This document shows, in pieces, positions 1 to 14,000 of a stretch of DNA of 64,000 nt. Source of the stretch: Iphione sp. A-MEVVRFRX5. Taxonomy: Eukaryota. The stretch covers positions 60,574,001 to 60,638,000 of the forward strand of contig OZ320321.1 in the NCBI GenBank assembly GCA_976226885.1, read 5' to 3'. Made by a program: the position numbers and the translations under genes. Each line of letters opens with the position of its first letter. The first letter of the stretch is position 1. The notes beneath the pieces were generated by a model. It searched no databases. It was not told the origin of the DNA and was given only the letters and a program-made list of their open reading frames with translations.

Positions 1-162
1 CGAACCAAGTGAATACGTCGCGCACTCCAAGGAGAGTTGTAGTCAGTAGCAAATGCTATACAATCACAGTAAATTTGCACTACAAATATGGTAAATAAAC
101 TCACTGATGTCAGTTCGCGTATATGTACCGACCGTTTAATATGTAGCAATAGCCACATTTCC

Positions 163-168
163 TTTATT
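163..168 (-). terminator. Candidate polyadenylation signal AATAAA for CNOT4
   Basis: Hexamer on the minus strand downstream of the last coding candidates; position only. Confidence 0.25.
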
Positions 169-843
169 TATGCTATGAGGGGGAAAAATGGACATTTAAT
201 ATTAACAGGTAACGATTGTGCCTCGTCAGCTCGGACTTTACGTCGGCCTGACAAGAACTAAATGGTTTAAATATCGATTTCTTCAGTATTAGTAATCGAC
301 ACCAAACGTTATCCTCCTTCATGTATCATTTCAGGACCCATACTGCCCGTTACTCGTCTATTCGGTCAGTAAAATAACCTACTCGCGACACATTTACTAT
401 GACATTCGCTAATATTACATGTATAGTTAGAACACTTAAAAAGTCGAAAACAGATGTCGATCAAAAGCAGTTTTGCTCTTCCGATGCAGCACTAGGCTAA
501 GCAGCAAGGACCGGGCGGGGGGCAACTTGTGGAACCATCTAGAACCTGGTTTTCTTTCCTTCCCCCTGCCCCCACCTTTTTTGGGGGGGTGGGGTGGGCG
601 GGGACCTCCCTTCCACGACTATAGCACAAAAACCGCCAATAACTGAGTGGTGTTATAAGAGAGAGAGCGCGAGAGAAAAAAAAACACTCAACCAATCACT
701 CTGAGTCAAGCCACTTCGTTGCAAGGAAACACGGTTAGCGACCGGCAGCCGGCTGAGCCATGCCGGGAAGGGGGGGCGGGGGGTTGGGGCACATGGCCGA
801 GTCCATGCCGTACGCCGCCGCGGCGCTGTCTCCTCTGGTTGCC

Positions 844-950
844 TCAGGCGAAGCTCGGCCATGACGACGACGACAGCGGCGACGACGACGACGAAGCAGC
901 CACTGCGGGGGTTGTGGCGGCTGCAGCGGCGCGAGCGGACATCCTCCCTC
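844..950 (-). CDS. CNOT4: Candidate CNOT4 terminal coding exon (GRMSARAAAAATTPAVAASSSSSPLSSSSWPSFA*)
   Basis: Acceptor cctgacccggccag in the needed phase 1, GC-rich exon-like composition, stop at 844-846; no recognisable homology. Confidence 0.3.
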
Positions 951-1960
951 CTGGCCGGGTCAGGGCGGGCGAGCGAGCAGAGGTCGTGGGCGCGTGTTGT
1001 CCAATAAGGAGGAGAGCTAAAGGAGGATAACAACCGGTGGCCTGGGCAGGCAGAAAAACGCACGGCAAGGGGGGTGCAAGGGCACTCCCCAACCCCCCCA
1101 GCAGACGCTGCTGCACCAGGCGTTCCCTTGGTTTTTACATAAATCTTCTCATACTCGTGGGCATTAGCGTAGAGGCACTGCGTTACTGCAAACCTGTAAG
1201 GAGACGAGAGAGAACACACATATACACCTCTGACTGTCTCTTATGTACAAACGAACGAAGTCAACCTTCGCTGTTTTCAGTCAGGCTCTGTTCACATGTA
1301 CCCAGATTTATCCGCTCTGCATCTGCACACAAGGATGTAACTTTTTCCAGCCCTGCTTTACTACTGCAGCCATTCACATATGTACAGACTTATCCGCATT
1401 TGCATGTGGATGTCAAACCATCAGGCACGGATTTCATCAGTGTCCGGACGTGGATTCCATAGGAGTCCATAGTAAAATAGATCTGGTGAACATATGTAAC
1501 CAATTTACCAACGATCTCTGCAGGGGGGGGGGGGGATGTCCACGTCTGCACATGGGGCCAGATTATTCGTCCGCGTACATGTGAACAGCCCTAACTCAAG
1601 ATGTCATGTGCATGGTATCTGGGCATGATGTTCAATGGTAGGGAGTCCTAGTTTAAATTTATGCTATTCTAGTTCAAGCTTATACTAAAAGTACACTTAC
1701 CATGAGGGGAAAAAACTGTACCAGTGACAATTTTATGTGTGTATAAAACATCACAAAAATATATCTGAACCGAGGAATAAAACTCATTCAGTAACTTGAA
1801 CTACTGGTTACTGCAAATTTTACCACTACCACAGCCAACATGTGAAGTAAGGATGCTTCCCCTGTGCTATCCCATCCCTGATAATCTGCGACAGTCATAT
1901 TTTCCAATTTAAAACATTTATGGCAGTGGAGGCGGCAGATGTGGTTGGGGTTGGGAGTAC

Positions 1961-2062
1961 CTTCAGCGAGTCGGTGTGTTTCCGCTACTCGTGTGGGAGA
2001 CGTGAGATGTGACTGATGAAAGCCCGGGGGTGGGTGGTGGGCCTGTGGTGCCCATGTCGGCC
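1961..2062 (-). CDS. CNOT4: CNOT4 exon PTWAPQAHHPPPGFHQSH...THRLAE
   Basis: cttctacccgcacag / G|gtactc, 102 nt; PPPGF motif. The frame also reads through to a stop at 1788. Confidence 0.8.
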
Positions 2063-5000
2063 CTGTGCGGGTAGAAGAGGCAAAGCAGCACGTGTCACAC
2101 AAGGACGTCCCGAGTCGCAGTCTTCACACATTTGTCTACTTTAAATCCCACAAAATCATGAACCACATACAAAAACTACTCCTTAGAAGCGTGCCCGCAT
2201 CTATAGTTAAACCCGATTGACAAGTGTTTTACCTATCTGTATTTTCTTTATGTTAAATGTCTGCACGGGACTTTCCTTTCCAAGTTATAGCTTATATTGC
2301 AAAAAAAATAACTTTTTTTTTTTCACATTGAGAAGACGTTGCCACGTATCAGCTGAGCAAAAAAAATAACTCGGTAAGGAAATTCTTGTGCAGACATATA
2401 GGGCGAAGAAAATACAGATAGGTAACACTCAAGTGTTAGACAACTCTGATTCATTTCGTCAAGACACATTGTCAAGTGTCTGATAATACTGGAGAGGAAA
2501 TCTGCCAGTACCTCATATACTTAAAAGTAGTTCTGGACACTGCGCCTGGTTTCACCACTAGATTTAATAACTTCACTGAAGGTGGGCACACAGGGTAAAC
2601 GTACCTCTAAAGGGGAACTGATGCACGAAGGGCAGTCTATGATTTGTCGTGTCCTCCGTCAAGTGGTGCAGAGAGGCCATCCAATGAGGTGTGTCATCCG
2701 AAACTCCTGAGCCTTTGGGAAAAAAACACAAAAGGAAACCATGACTCGGCTATCCAGAAAAGAACGCTCTTTCGGGGGGGGGGCAGGAGGGTGGGCATTT
2801 CTAGTTCCAAAGACACGGAAAGAGACCGTCTTTGTTCATAACGTCATAAATTAATTAACATGGTCATTCCATTCCATCATCTGGAGAGAGGCCTAAAAAA
2901 ATTAATTTTCGTTAGTTTGAAGACAACAGATATTAAGCGCACAAGTTAGCACAATAACCAAGACCAAAGGGAAGTACTGACAAATATAAATCAGAGGTAG
3001 CATTAGCACTGGGCTTACTGTTACCTTCAAAATGATATAGTCTTTCTTTCCAAAGCAGCTAGTACAGCAAGAGTTATAATTGCGTGAGACAAAGCAAACA
3101 AAAAAGGGACAAGGCTTTTTGGTCAGATCAATATGTCCCACGAACTAACAAGTTTTGTAGTGGTTTCCGTAAATAAAAAAGAATTAACAAAAAGGCCAAA
3201 CAACCACAAAAGATACAGGACGTGCCCCAAATGCTTCAAAATATATCGTCAAAAATACTGCCACTTCACCACTTACCACCGCACAAGGAACGCTTTGCAT
3301 CTTTTGGCATTTTTCACAGAAAATTAAGTTTTAAAATACTGAAAACGGTTTGGTCCTATAAATTTTATCAAATTGTTCTCTCACATGAATGACCTGAACA
3401 TTCGCTCCCCCAACCCCATCTCTATGCAACCACGCACACACACACACATACACAAATACCCACACAAACCGAAAACTTGGTGATTTGGAGGTGGCAAGGT
3501 ATGTGAACATGATCAAACTGACACAGTACCAAGATTCCTACAATTCGTGTGTAGTAGGACTGATAGATTTTGAGCAAAAACAATACCTTTTCAGTAGCTA
3601 GGGACTACAATCAATAACTAAGAGGGACCTACGCACAAACCTTGGATTACTCGACAGTGTAGTGTTTAGTGCGTTATTTTGACAAAGCGTTGATTTTTAC
3701 GACAGAAACATACTTATCTTACGATGCAATGCGCTGGGAAGAAGCAAATTGTTTTCCATGTGTTGATAAGAGCACTGGGAGTTATTTAGGATCGTTGTGA
3801 GGTTATCCGATCTATTTTTTAACGTTAAGGTTAGCTTAATGACACGCATGCTTAGCGTAAGCAAGGAATTAAGTCTCCCTTGTGACGATGTGGAACGTCC
3901 TGCGTCTGACTACCTTAAAACTAGCCCACAGCCAACTCGCTCCGATTCATCCTTAACTTGCTACCATGCCACACTCCGGGTACCTGTTAACCCTGAGTGC
4001 ACTCCAGCCCCTCCCCCCCACCCTTACTCCGTCCCCCACCCGCGCCTACTTAACGACCCCACCACCATGAGTAAACGTAGTCCAGGCACAGCGCAAGTCG
4101 TCTTAACCATTAGGAAAGAGAAAGAGAGAGAGAGGCGGAGACAGAGACAATGCTCGGGGCAAAAAACAGGAGGAAGAGGAGGAGGAAGAAGAAGAAAATG
4201 GGGCGAACACGTTAACGACGTTATGGCTAGTTAAAAGGAGGAAGACGAGGAGGAGGAGGAGGAGGCTTGTACGGAGTGTTAGACCAGACCCTGCATTTAG
4301 CACTTACTGTCGGCGATACTTCCTGAGATGACGATGGCCGGGTCCCACGGCATATCTGCCAAGGGGGACTGCAATTGGGAGGTGGTGGAAGAGGAAGAAG
4401 AGGTGGTGGTAGTGGTGGTGGTGCTAGTGGACCAGTCTGAAAAAATTGAGGATACGATTGTGGGACCTGAGTCACGGTGGGCGGCGGTGGCGGCGGGCTG
4501 CTACTGGCGGCATGCGGGCTCCGTGCTCCTAGCGGACGTCACTACTAGCCCCCTTCACTGGCCCTGCGTACTGGGTCTCTATCCCTCCCAATCAACCTTT
4601 ACGAACGGGTTTAGTTTATCATGAACACCCTAGACATACAGCGGGGGACACTATGCAGAATCTCTCAAAGAGCCTCTAGGATGCATGCAACCAAACAACA
4701 CAGTTATATACATGTACATGTACTTCCACTTCTTTTAAAGGTTCCTCTTAAAATTTACATTCAGGACAGTCATGAACATGTTCTACGCGACAATTAGATG
4801 TTTGTTTCCTATTGTAAATCAGATGTCATCCTAGTTACTCTAGTCTATTATCAGAGGGGCATATTGATGTATATATATGTTTTCCCTTTCATTTTAGATA
4901 AACTGATTACATTATATTTATATACACGGTCTACGCTGTCCAGATATACCCATGAAATACTGAAAAAACATATCTGACACCACATGTAAGTCTTCCCTAT

Positions 5001-8000
5001 CGGTGTAAGAGAGGCATGGGTCAGCTGTATTGTGTATATATCATACTTTAAAAGATCAAATTGCAGTTTTTCGTTGCAGGGTGTAATTTGATCTTTGCAT
5101 AGAAAAAAAAATTCTGGGTCAAAAACAGATTTGGGGTATCCAGAAACAAAGTTGAAACCTGACAACACGATCGCGATGCAGCATTGCCAGGACAAGAACT
5201 GATTATACAGATACTTGAGACAGCTGCAACAACTGCTTAAATCCGTCAACGATTGCTGCTCACATCCTTCCTGCTACATATAATATTACTTCCTGACACA
5301 AATGACAGCTCAGACTGCACAACCAATAAATACTTGTCACTAGCTTATTCAACTCTGTTCCAATAAGAGTAAACAAAAAAAGTTTTTCACGCGAATCTCC
5401 ATTACGTACAGCATTTTTGAATTTATGGGTCACTGCAGGACTACGCCATGCACCAATGACCGCTTAGCTTTGGCGGGAGCTGTAGGAACATGCAAAAAAA
5501 AAACAAACAAACAAACAAACTACACACAACAAAACACGTACATGTACACATATACCGGGTATTGTCACTTTAAGCGCCTACGAGGAAATACTTCTAGTTT
5601 GCAAGTGCGTACAATTGAAAGAAGAAAGAAATAGATGATTGAGTACATCACGACATCATTACGACCACTCAGAAGGTGTGGTGAGCAGCTGTGGCGGTCA
5701 ACTTACCTTTTTGAGAGTGTGGCCGTGGTTGTTGTTGCTGTTGCTGTTGTTGTTGTTGCTGCTGCTGTTGTTGTTGTGGTTGTTGCTGGTGTGGTTGTTG
5801 GGCGTGGTGATTTTGCGTCGGCGTTCCGAAGCTGATGTTTATGTTGGGCAGGAGAGCTCGGAGCCCATCTTGCCAATCCTTCGTGTTAAAAGCATCATTC
5901 TGATTAAAAACAAGGTAAATTCACATCTGAATCTCGCGGTTAAGTGGCTAGCCCATCCTCTTAGCGTGAGAGCTGTTTACTTGGATTGGCGGTACATGCT
6001 AGCTTCCATACGTGAAGAAAAAAAAACATCACTGCAAACAAATGAAGGATATCGACTTTCTGAAGGTCAACTGATTGCAGACCTCCATTGACAATGTACA
6101 ACGTGAACAATGCTGATGCGCATTCTAAAGTTATGTACTACTATTCGGAAGTAACGTATGACTTCCAAGTCGAATCTGCCGTTGTGTTAAAAACACATTC
6201 TAAATGAACATGCAGCAGGATTTCCAGAAGCTGAGCGCACCTGTGTGGGTGGTGTCTGGTTGTCTGATGCCATTGAGGATAGCGGTAAGTCAGGCAGCAT
6301 GTCATGGTATGCGGTCTGTGAATTGACGTTTGTTAAGGAAGCAAATGGCAGATTCATTGTTTTACTGATCCCTGGAAAAAAGACGAGAAAAAAACTATTA
6401 AGGAAAGGAAAATGAAAAGTAATTTCAAGGTACATTATATTTCATCATAAAAGAAACAAATAAGGACTAGAATGACATGGATAGTTTGAAATAGCACAAC
6501 CCTAGTGGCATCTTACTGAACAAAGATAACCTCCTTTGGCGCGACTCCGCCACATTAAAGATGAAGAGAAGCTGCCTGATGAACATGCTCACTTCAAACC
6601 TCCACTTTTAAAGCATCTCTTGATGTAATATGGGAAAAACCGGGATGATCTTGTGGAATTTCACTACATATATGTTCCTGATCTTGAGGAACTTGAGGCC
6701 CTACTGAGAAGCTACGATACGAATCTTTCCATCAGATGAGCACGTTCCGTTTTCAAAGAATGCGTTGGTGAGATATACCCATCACAAGAATCATCGTCAT
6801 GTGTCATATGAAGCTAGCAATCTTGCAAGTGCACGGCCAGGATATTAATGTTATAAACATATCACCCACTACGTAGCTGTAACCCTTTACTAGGAACGCT
6901 TGAATCACTTTACCTACCACATAATGCTCATACTACATGTAGTTTAAATTGAAAACAAAATATCATCCAAAAAGGATAAGCTAAGAAACTAACTAGAGTG
7001 TGCAAAATCTGGCTGACTAAGGCAGTATTGCTGCCCCGACCGCCAGCCCCTCACCTGGCCTTGGTAATTGGCTGCTGTAAGCACCTATGTGATTGGGAGC
7101 GAAACCTGGGGGCAGATTCTTGAGGCGCTGGTCGTTGTTGGCCAGCGCGCTCAGGCGGTGGTGGTGGTGCTGCTGTTGGAGATGGTGGTAGAGAGGGTGG
7201 TGCATGTGGTGGTGGTGGTCGGTGCCGCCGGGCCCGTGCGACCCCCCGCTACCGTGGGCGCCGCCTGTGTAGCTCTCCTTCTCGATCAGGTCGGCCAGCG
7301 CCTTCGACGACTCGTCCCACGGGTCGAAGCCCAGGTCGTCGTCGTGCGGCTCGCACAGCGTGGAGGCCGCCGAGCAGGAGGATAACGACGAGTCGCCGCC
7401 CGACGCCGCGGCCGCCGCCGCTGCCGCCGAGTTACTGCTGCTGGAGAAGCCGAAGGCCGCCTGCCAGTCCGTCGTGCTCGACACCGGGATCGTGTCCGGG
7501 ATCTCCGTCGTGGAAATGCCTTCTGTGCCAAACGAAAAGGTGCAGGATGAGGTTTACCACCTGTTTACGGTTCGAACGGGACTAAGTCAGGTCACTGTGG
7601 GTTTACTGAAGCTGCCACTTCACCCTGCAGAGCTGATACTTGAGTTAATAGTGTACTGATCATCTATACTGTTAGGGACAATTCCACCGTGTTGATCTAC
7701 ATTTTAACCCAAGAAAGAATGCGCCAACTTATCAACAGACTGACAGTCTTACAAAGACAAGTGCAGCACTGTCAACAATCCTACAAAGACACGTGCAGCA
7801 GTGTCAACTATGCTACAATGACAAGTGTGGCAGTGTCAACTATGCTACAATGACCTGTGCAGAACTGTCTCATAATGATAACGAGTGAAGCACCAACAAC
7901 TATCCTACGATAACAACAAGTGCAGCACCACTAACTGTCCTCCAATGAAAACAAGCAGCGACCTGTAGTGGCCGCCTTCGTCCTGGCTCTACGTACCGGC

Positions 8001-11000
8001 TATGTGTACGGGATTCACTGAGGTCGGCTTGGGGTTCCGTGTGACGGGGAAGCCACTGTTGCTGAACAGAGACATGGAGTCGGCCGAGTTGAACGGCGAC
8101 CGCCGGCTACCACCGATGGGGCTCTGCGCGGCGTTGCCGGGTACCACGCCGGCGCCACCGGGCAGCGGCTGTGCAGGCTGACTGTTCGTGCTTCCGCCGC
8201 CCCCTCCGGCCGCCGCCGACGAGCCGCCCTGGCTGAGCGTGGGCGAGACGGGCAGCTTGGGCCGCGACTGGGGAGACTGCGCCGACGGCGGACTTCCGCT
8301 GTTCCTAGCGTTATTTTGTGAACCCTTGGATTTACTGTTCGAAGAGGGGAAAAGAGACAGAGTGGCCTCTTGAAACGTTGAAAGATTACACAAGTCACAC
8401 AATACAGTTGGAAACGACCACACCCTGTGCCCATCTCTGCCATTTTGTGCCTTGCCACCTCGCATCCCCGGCCAAGAGAAAAAGGTGTTATGTACTTGCA
8501 TAGGAGTGTCGATTCAAAAATAACCAACCGAATTCACGTTATTTCAAAGAACGGGCCGGAAGGACCAAATTGCACCAAATGTCGAGACAGGAGTCTTTAC
8601 GTTATAGGTTAAATACTAATGAAGGGAAAGCGAAATCTTCCCCTGGCGGCATGTNNNNNNNNNNNNNNNNNNNNNNNNNNNNNNNNNNNNNNNNNNNNNN
8701 NNNNNNNNNNNNNNNNNNNNNNNNNNNNNNNNNNNNNNNNNNNNNNNNNNNNNNNNNNNNNNNNNNNNNNNNNNNNNNNNNNCCTGTTGCCGAGCGAGTG
8801 TGAGGAGGAGTTGTGCTGCTCGGTGCTATGGTGATGGTTGCTTCTGTGGTGACCGGGCGCCCTGTTCTGCGCGTTCTGTGTGTCTTGTTTGTGAGCTGAT
8901 GACGACGATGTGGACGACGATGGCGACGACGACGAAGACGACGACGACAACGACGACGATGAGGACGACGTCGACGACGACGACATGGACGACGCCGACG
9001 ACTGTGAACCGGGAGACTGTGAAGGTGGTTGTGGCGTCTTGTTGCCGTTGGTCAACCGGTCGGACCGGCTGCCGCCGCCGCCGCCGCCTCCGCCGCCGTT
9101 CAACGACGGCCAAGCCTCTTTATTGGTGCTATTAGGGGGTGGGTGACCCGCAGAGCCTGGGCCGCCGCCTTGTTGTATCGTAGGTGGACTTGACAGCTTT
9201 TTTCTGTGGAGGAGATCGCTATACGTCAGACAAGCGTGCAGTGTGAGGAATGTGTGAGAACATTTCGAAAGCCACAACTCCTTAATGGTGGTGCCAAGGG
9301 GCAGATATTACATGTACATATATTGTATGTCATTTGAGCATAACATCTGAGTAGAAATACATGAATTTACAGCATGCACTATACCTATCCACTGAAAAAA
9401 AAACCCAAACACCACATCGGTGAGCAGTACAAAACCTCACTGCCATGACTATTATCTCTTGATAATATACCAGTTAGACGTCTCCAAACCATCACTCGCC
9501 AACTACATTAGCTGGCAGCAGAAGGTAGACGTTTGGTCTCATATGTACGTAGCTCATATATATACCATCTAAAATAACTCATTAACTTCGTTTACTAAGA
9601 AGCGTACCGCAAAGATGATATTTCCCTCCATAAAAAAGTCGATCTAAACCTAGTATTAACGCTTGGGTTCACGTACCTTTGAGCTTTACTAGAAGAAGAG
9701 CCGCTATTTGACTGTGTTGTTGATGTACTAGAAACTGACGCTAGGTTTGTACTGTTTCCACTGCCGCCGCTATTGCTGCTACCGTTTCCAGTGGACAAGG
9801 TTAGACTTTGCTGATTATTTAAGTTTTGACTGTTCATAAATGTTTCATACAGCTTCTGCTCGTACTCTTGGTGTTTTCTGCAATAAGAAATGGAGGGGTT
9901 GGCACTGAGTGAATGTAAAAACAACAGATAGCGAGTCTCTGGACGGTTTTCAAAGTTTACATACAAATACATGTACTGTACAATAACTTCTTGGTAAGCC
10001 GCCATACACCAATACTTCTCCAATGCATATCTCTGTTCCTGTCTGCATTATCGTTTATCATGGTTAACAATGACAACCGATATTCTGTACTCCTCAAACT
10101 GTCCTATTTCTCGTCATGCCTGCATTGTGATGTCTGGAATAAGGCCATTAACTGTAAACATATTCATTTATATGGATACATCTGCATAATAAATACTAGA
10201 AAAACAATAGAAAGACAGCCCTTGGCCGAATTCTCTTAGCTTATATTTAAATACAGGGGAGCATATATATACGACTTTCATCAGTACTAACCCTTGTTGC
10301 ATTTCTTCCTTTGTGAAGCTAGCTGCTTCTTCCCCTAACTCGTGAAGATACATGCAGTCCTAAAAGACAAAAATAGAAAGAGGAAGATTTTAAGGACGCG
10401 CCCTTGCAACCTGCTGTCTTTAAAGAAATGAGAGCAAAATGTAAAACTTGTACACACGCCATATAAATGAAAGTGAAGCTTCAAGATCATTAGCTTTTTA
10501 CTCTATTTTAAAAAAAAGATAGCGAGAGAAACACTTGGGATTCTGGAAGTTTTTTTTTTTTCACCCGAGTCGAGTGAGGACTCACTGGCTTAGGACACTG
10601 CGCGCCCCGAAGGAAGTGGCTACAATACTTTGTGGTGCCGAGGGAGGCCTTGAGCGTGCGGCCGTCGACGTAAATGTTGTTGACGGCCTGGATAGCTCGC
10701 AGCGCGTCCTCCGGTTTGTGGTAGGTCACGTAGGCGCTGGCGCTTGGACCCTGCGAGGAAAAGAAACTCAATGAAACTAGGCGTCGGGGGGACACTTCGA
10801 GTCTCCACCTCCTTTGCTTTTTTTTTTTTTTTTTTTTTTTGGGGGGGGGGGGGGGGTCTTTTCTGACTTTACTGGTTTCATATCAGTTGGGGAAGAGGGA
10901 TATATCACAATCAGAAAACATTCAGTGCGCGCACGTTCTTACATGCACGTCACGAGGCAAAATCTCGATAGGAAAGGACCCCCGGGGGTGGAGGGGGTGG

Positions 11001-14000
11001 AAGAGGTGGGGGGAATGAGACCGTTCGTGCATAATGCTGGAGCAGATGTTTCTTACGACAATGGCATATAGTTCAAGCTGCAGACTTAAAAAGTTTTCGT
11101 CGTATTGTACTCCTGTGGGAAGCATTAACAATCTAGAAATAGCGAACGTGACAAAGTCTGGAGAAGTCGTGCTGTGTCATGTCTGTCGTGTGAAACTAAG
11201 CTCCGAGGGGGGGGGGGGACCCCTCCCTCATTAAGCTAGTCTCGTCTATAATGAGTGGTGCCTGTCGCCTCGCGCCAATGCTGAACACCGTAGACCTTGG
11301 TGGAAATCTTAGCCCTCCTGTTACATCTCGCAGGCTCAAGGACCCGCCCAGTTAGCACCATGCAGCAAACAGGAGGCCAAACACCCCCTCCCTCCCCCCT
11401 AACGAAGTAATAAAGCGAAAATGTAGAATCACGTTATGCGGAAGGAAACATAAAGGCGAGGGTGTTGAGGATAGGCATGAGGACAGGTATCAGACGTCAG
11501 GAATAGAAGCAAGAAGGGGTAGAGCGTTAGTATACTATGTGGCACGCGCCAGGTTATGTACAACACCGAATCATACCGGTCTGTCAGTGGAGGTACGCAG
11601 CTGATCTTAGAGAAGGCCAGCTCTGAGAGAGGTAACAAACCAACTCGCCATAACTACGGACTTCTCCTCACTGGGCTTCAAGCTAAAAACATAATGGCCC
11701 CACTGCTGCCCAGAAGGGTTGGACTTAATTGCTATTATTCTCACTGGATAAACCTACAGGTATTTTACTCAACATCAGGAGGACAGCCTGGCTTCCCCAT
11801 CTATAATCACGGGCTACTTTTGTACAAGCACCCCTCCCCACCCCCAACCCCCAAAAAAGACAAGAGTGTGGACCTTTGAGGTCTAATGTCCCCCATCTCA
11901 ACAACCTATTTCATGGTTGATTGCTTGCAGGGCTGGTTGGGGGTGTCTCTCTCTTTCCTCCTACAACTACCTTGACTGGCACTTGATGGTGCTGGTAGAA
12001 GAGGGGTATTGGTGACACACTTACTCTCTCTGTCGTACATGCTCTTTTTTTTTGTTTGTTTATGTGCATGTGTGTGTAGGTGAGTGCATTGTCAGACCTA
12101 TAAATCCCTAAATAAGGTATGTATTTTGGTATGTTAGCAAAAGAGTAAAATTGCCATCATTTCACCTTAAGAATAATTAAATTACTACCAAAATTACACA
12201 GTGCCATGGGCCCATGTATTTAAGTATCATCTGTTAAAACCAATTATTTGACTGAAGGATTTTAAACTTAAGACCCACAAGAGTGTGATGGAAGGTCGGA
12301 TAGTCAGCCAGCAGCATTCCTAAGGTCACCCCCCCCCCCCCTCTCTATGAGGTGGGTGACAAAAATACTAGGAAAGAGGGCTAGGAACTGCCAAATTATG
12401 CTAAACTGTGGCTTTATTCAAAAGGATGACATGTAAAATACTAGTCTCAAAAAGGTAATAAAAATGCAGCTGTAACCATGGCAATACTTCATTAACCTTC
12501 GCCGAAGCCAAGGCGGTAGTCTGCTGTAGGCTGGTATAGGTGGTGTTAGCGCCACTCTGCTGCTAGCCTGTAGTGGCCTCCTCCAATACATCAGACAGCT
12601 ATTTCCATGCATTATCGTTCAACCGGCTCCCTCCGGGTCCCTTCGACGCTTTCGTTTTATTCTGTAATCCCCCCCCCCCCTTTCCAACAATTATGTACCT
12701 ACCAGAAGCACCGCCAAGCCACAAATAGCGTGCCGTGGACATTAACCGCTCTGGAAGATTCCAGGCGATAATGGTAGAATACCTGCTTTGTGTTACTACT
12801 ACGGAGCTGCTACTACAAGAGGAGAGGAGGGGGGGGGGGGGGCTACCGTTAAAACGGACGACAGTTTCTCACGCTGTGGTTGCTCATCAGCTGCGTGTTG
12901 CTTCTCGCTCGTTCTCTCTCACTTACTCGTCAAACATTAGTGTATAACGGTGGGTTTGGCAGCCTGGCTGGTCTAACCACGCTCATAATGACTCACTGGG
13001 CGCGGGGTCGGGGTCGTCGAGTCGGGAGCGCTCGCTCAACGGTAGCACATCACACCACGCCTGCCTGCTGCTATCATTGACCTAAGTCTGCTGCAGACAG
13101 GCCTTGTCTGGCCGTCTGGCTGAGCCACTCCACCACCCAGAGCAGCTCGGGCGGCGGCGGCGGCGGCGGCGCCGTGGGGTGGGAAGGGTGTCATTACGGA
13201 CGGGCTGCTATGGGGCGCCCGTCGTCACAAATTGGCCTGCCTGATATCGATCCGGTGGGAGGCTACGCCTGGGGTGCCCGGTGTCGGCGGTGGTGGGCGT
13301 CAGGGCCAACTACACCGACGCCCCGCTCTCTGTATCGCCCTGTCGTCTGACAGGGCAACTCTCTGACATGTTCGAGTGGCGAGTCCTCGGCAAACGAGGT
13401 ATATTTAAACGAAAAGTCAGGATTTATTCTTTTAAAAAATCACTGGAACTGACGAAAAAAAATCATCTACACCACCAAAAACTGTTACTTACTAGTACAT
13501 GTATATGAAATAGAGATGGCATTTAAGCTGATCCAGTAAAATGCTACGGGTTCGATGAATAAGACAATAAATAAAAACATATTATAATGTTATATATTGC
13601 TTTGTCTAGCGAAAAAAAGGACTGCCAAATGAATAATCGATAAACTATGACTAATATAATGACGTGTGACTGACGCTACATCAACAAGTACAACTCGAGG
13701 TACCAGGGCAGAAAGAGCGTCCTCCATGACCACCCGTAACGAGGAAATTTCCACGAGAAGAGGCGGCTACAGCGAACGCCAAATTTGACGAATTAGAAAC
13801 GGAGCAAAAATGTCCCGAATCCTTTGAACTGCAGCGAAAATAGACGAGCTATTCCCGTCCATCTGTTGCCATTTCAGCTATCAAACAATTTCATCATTAA
13901 ATGAAGTGAATGCCACACAGGCAACACTGACATCTGAATGGAGAGCACTTGGAAAATAAAACTGCTACACAAAATACTGGCAGAAATTGGGGATCCAAGA

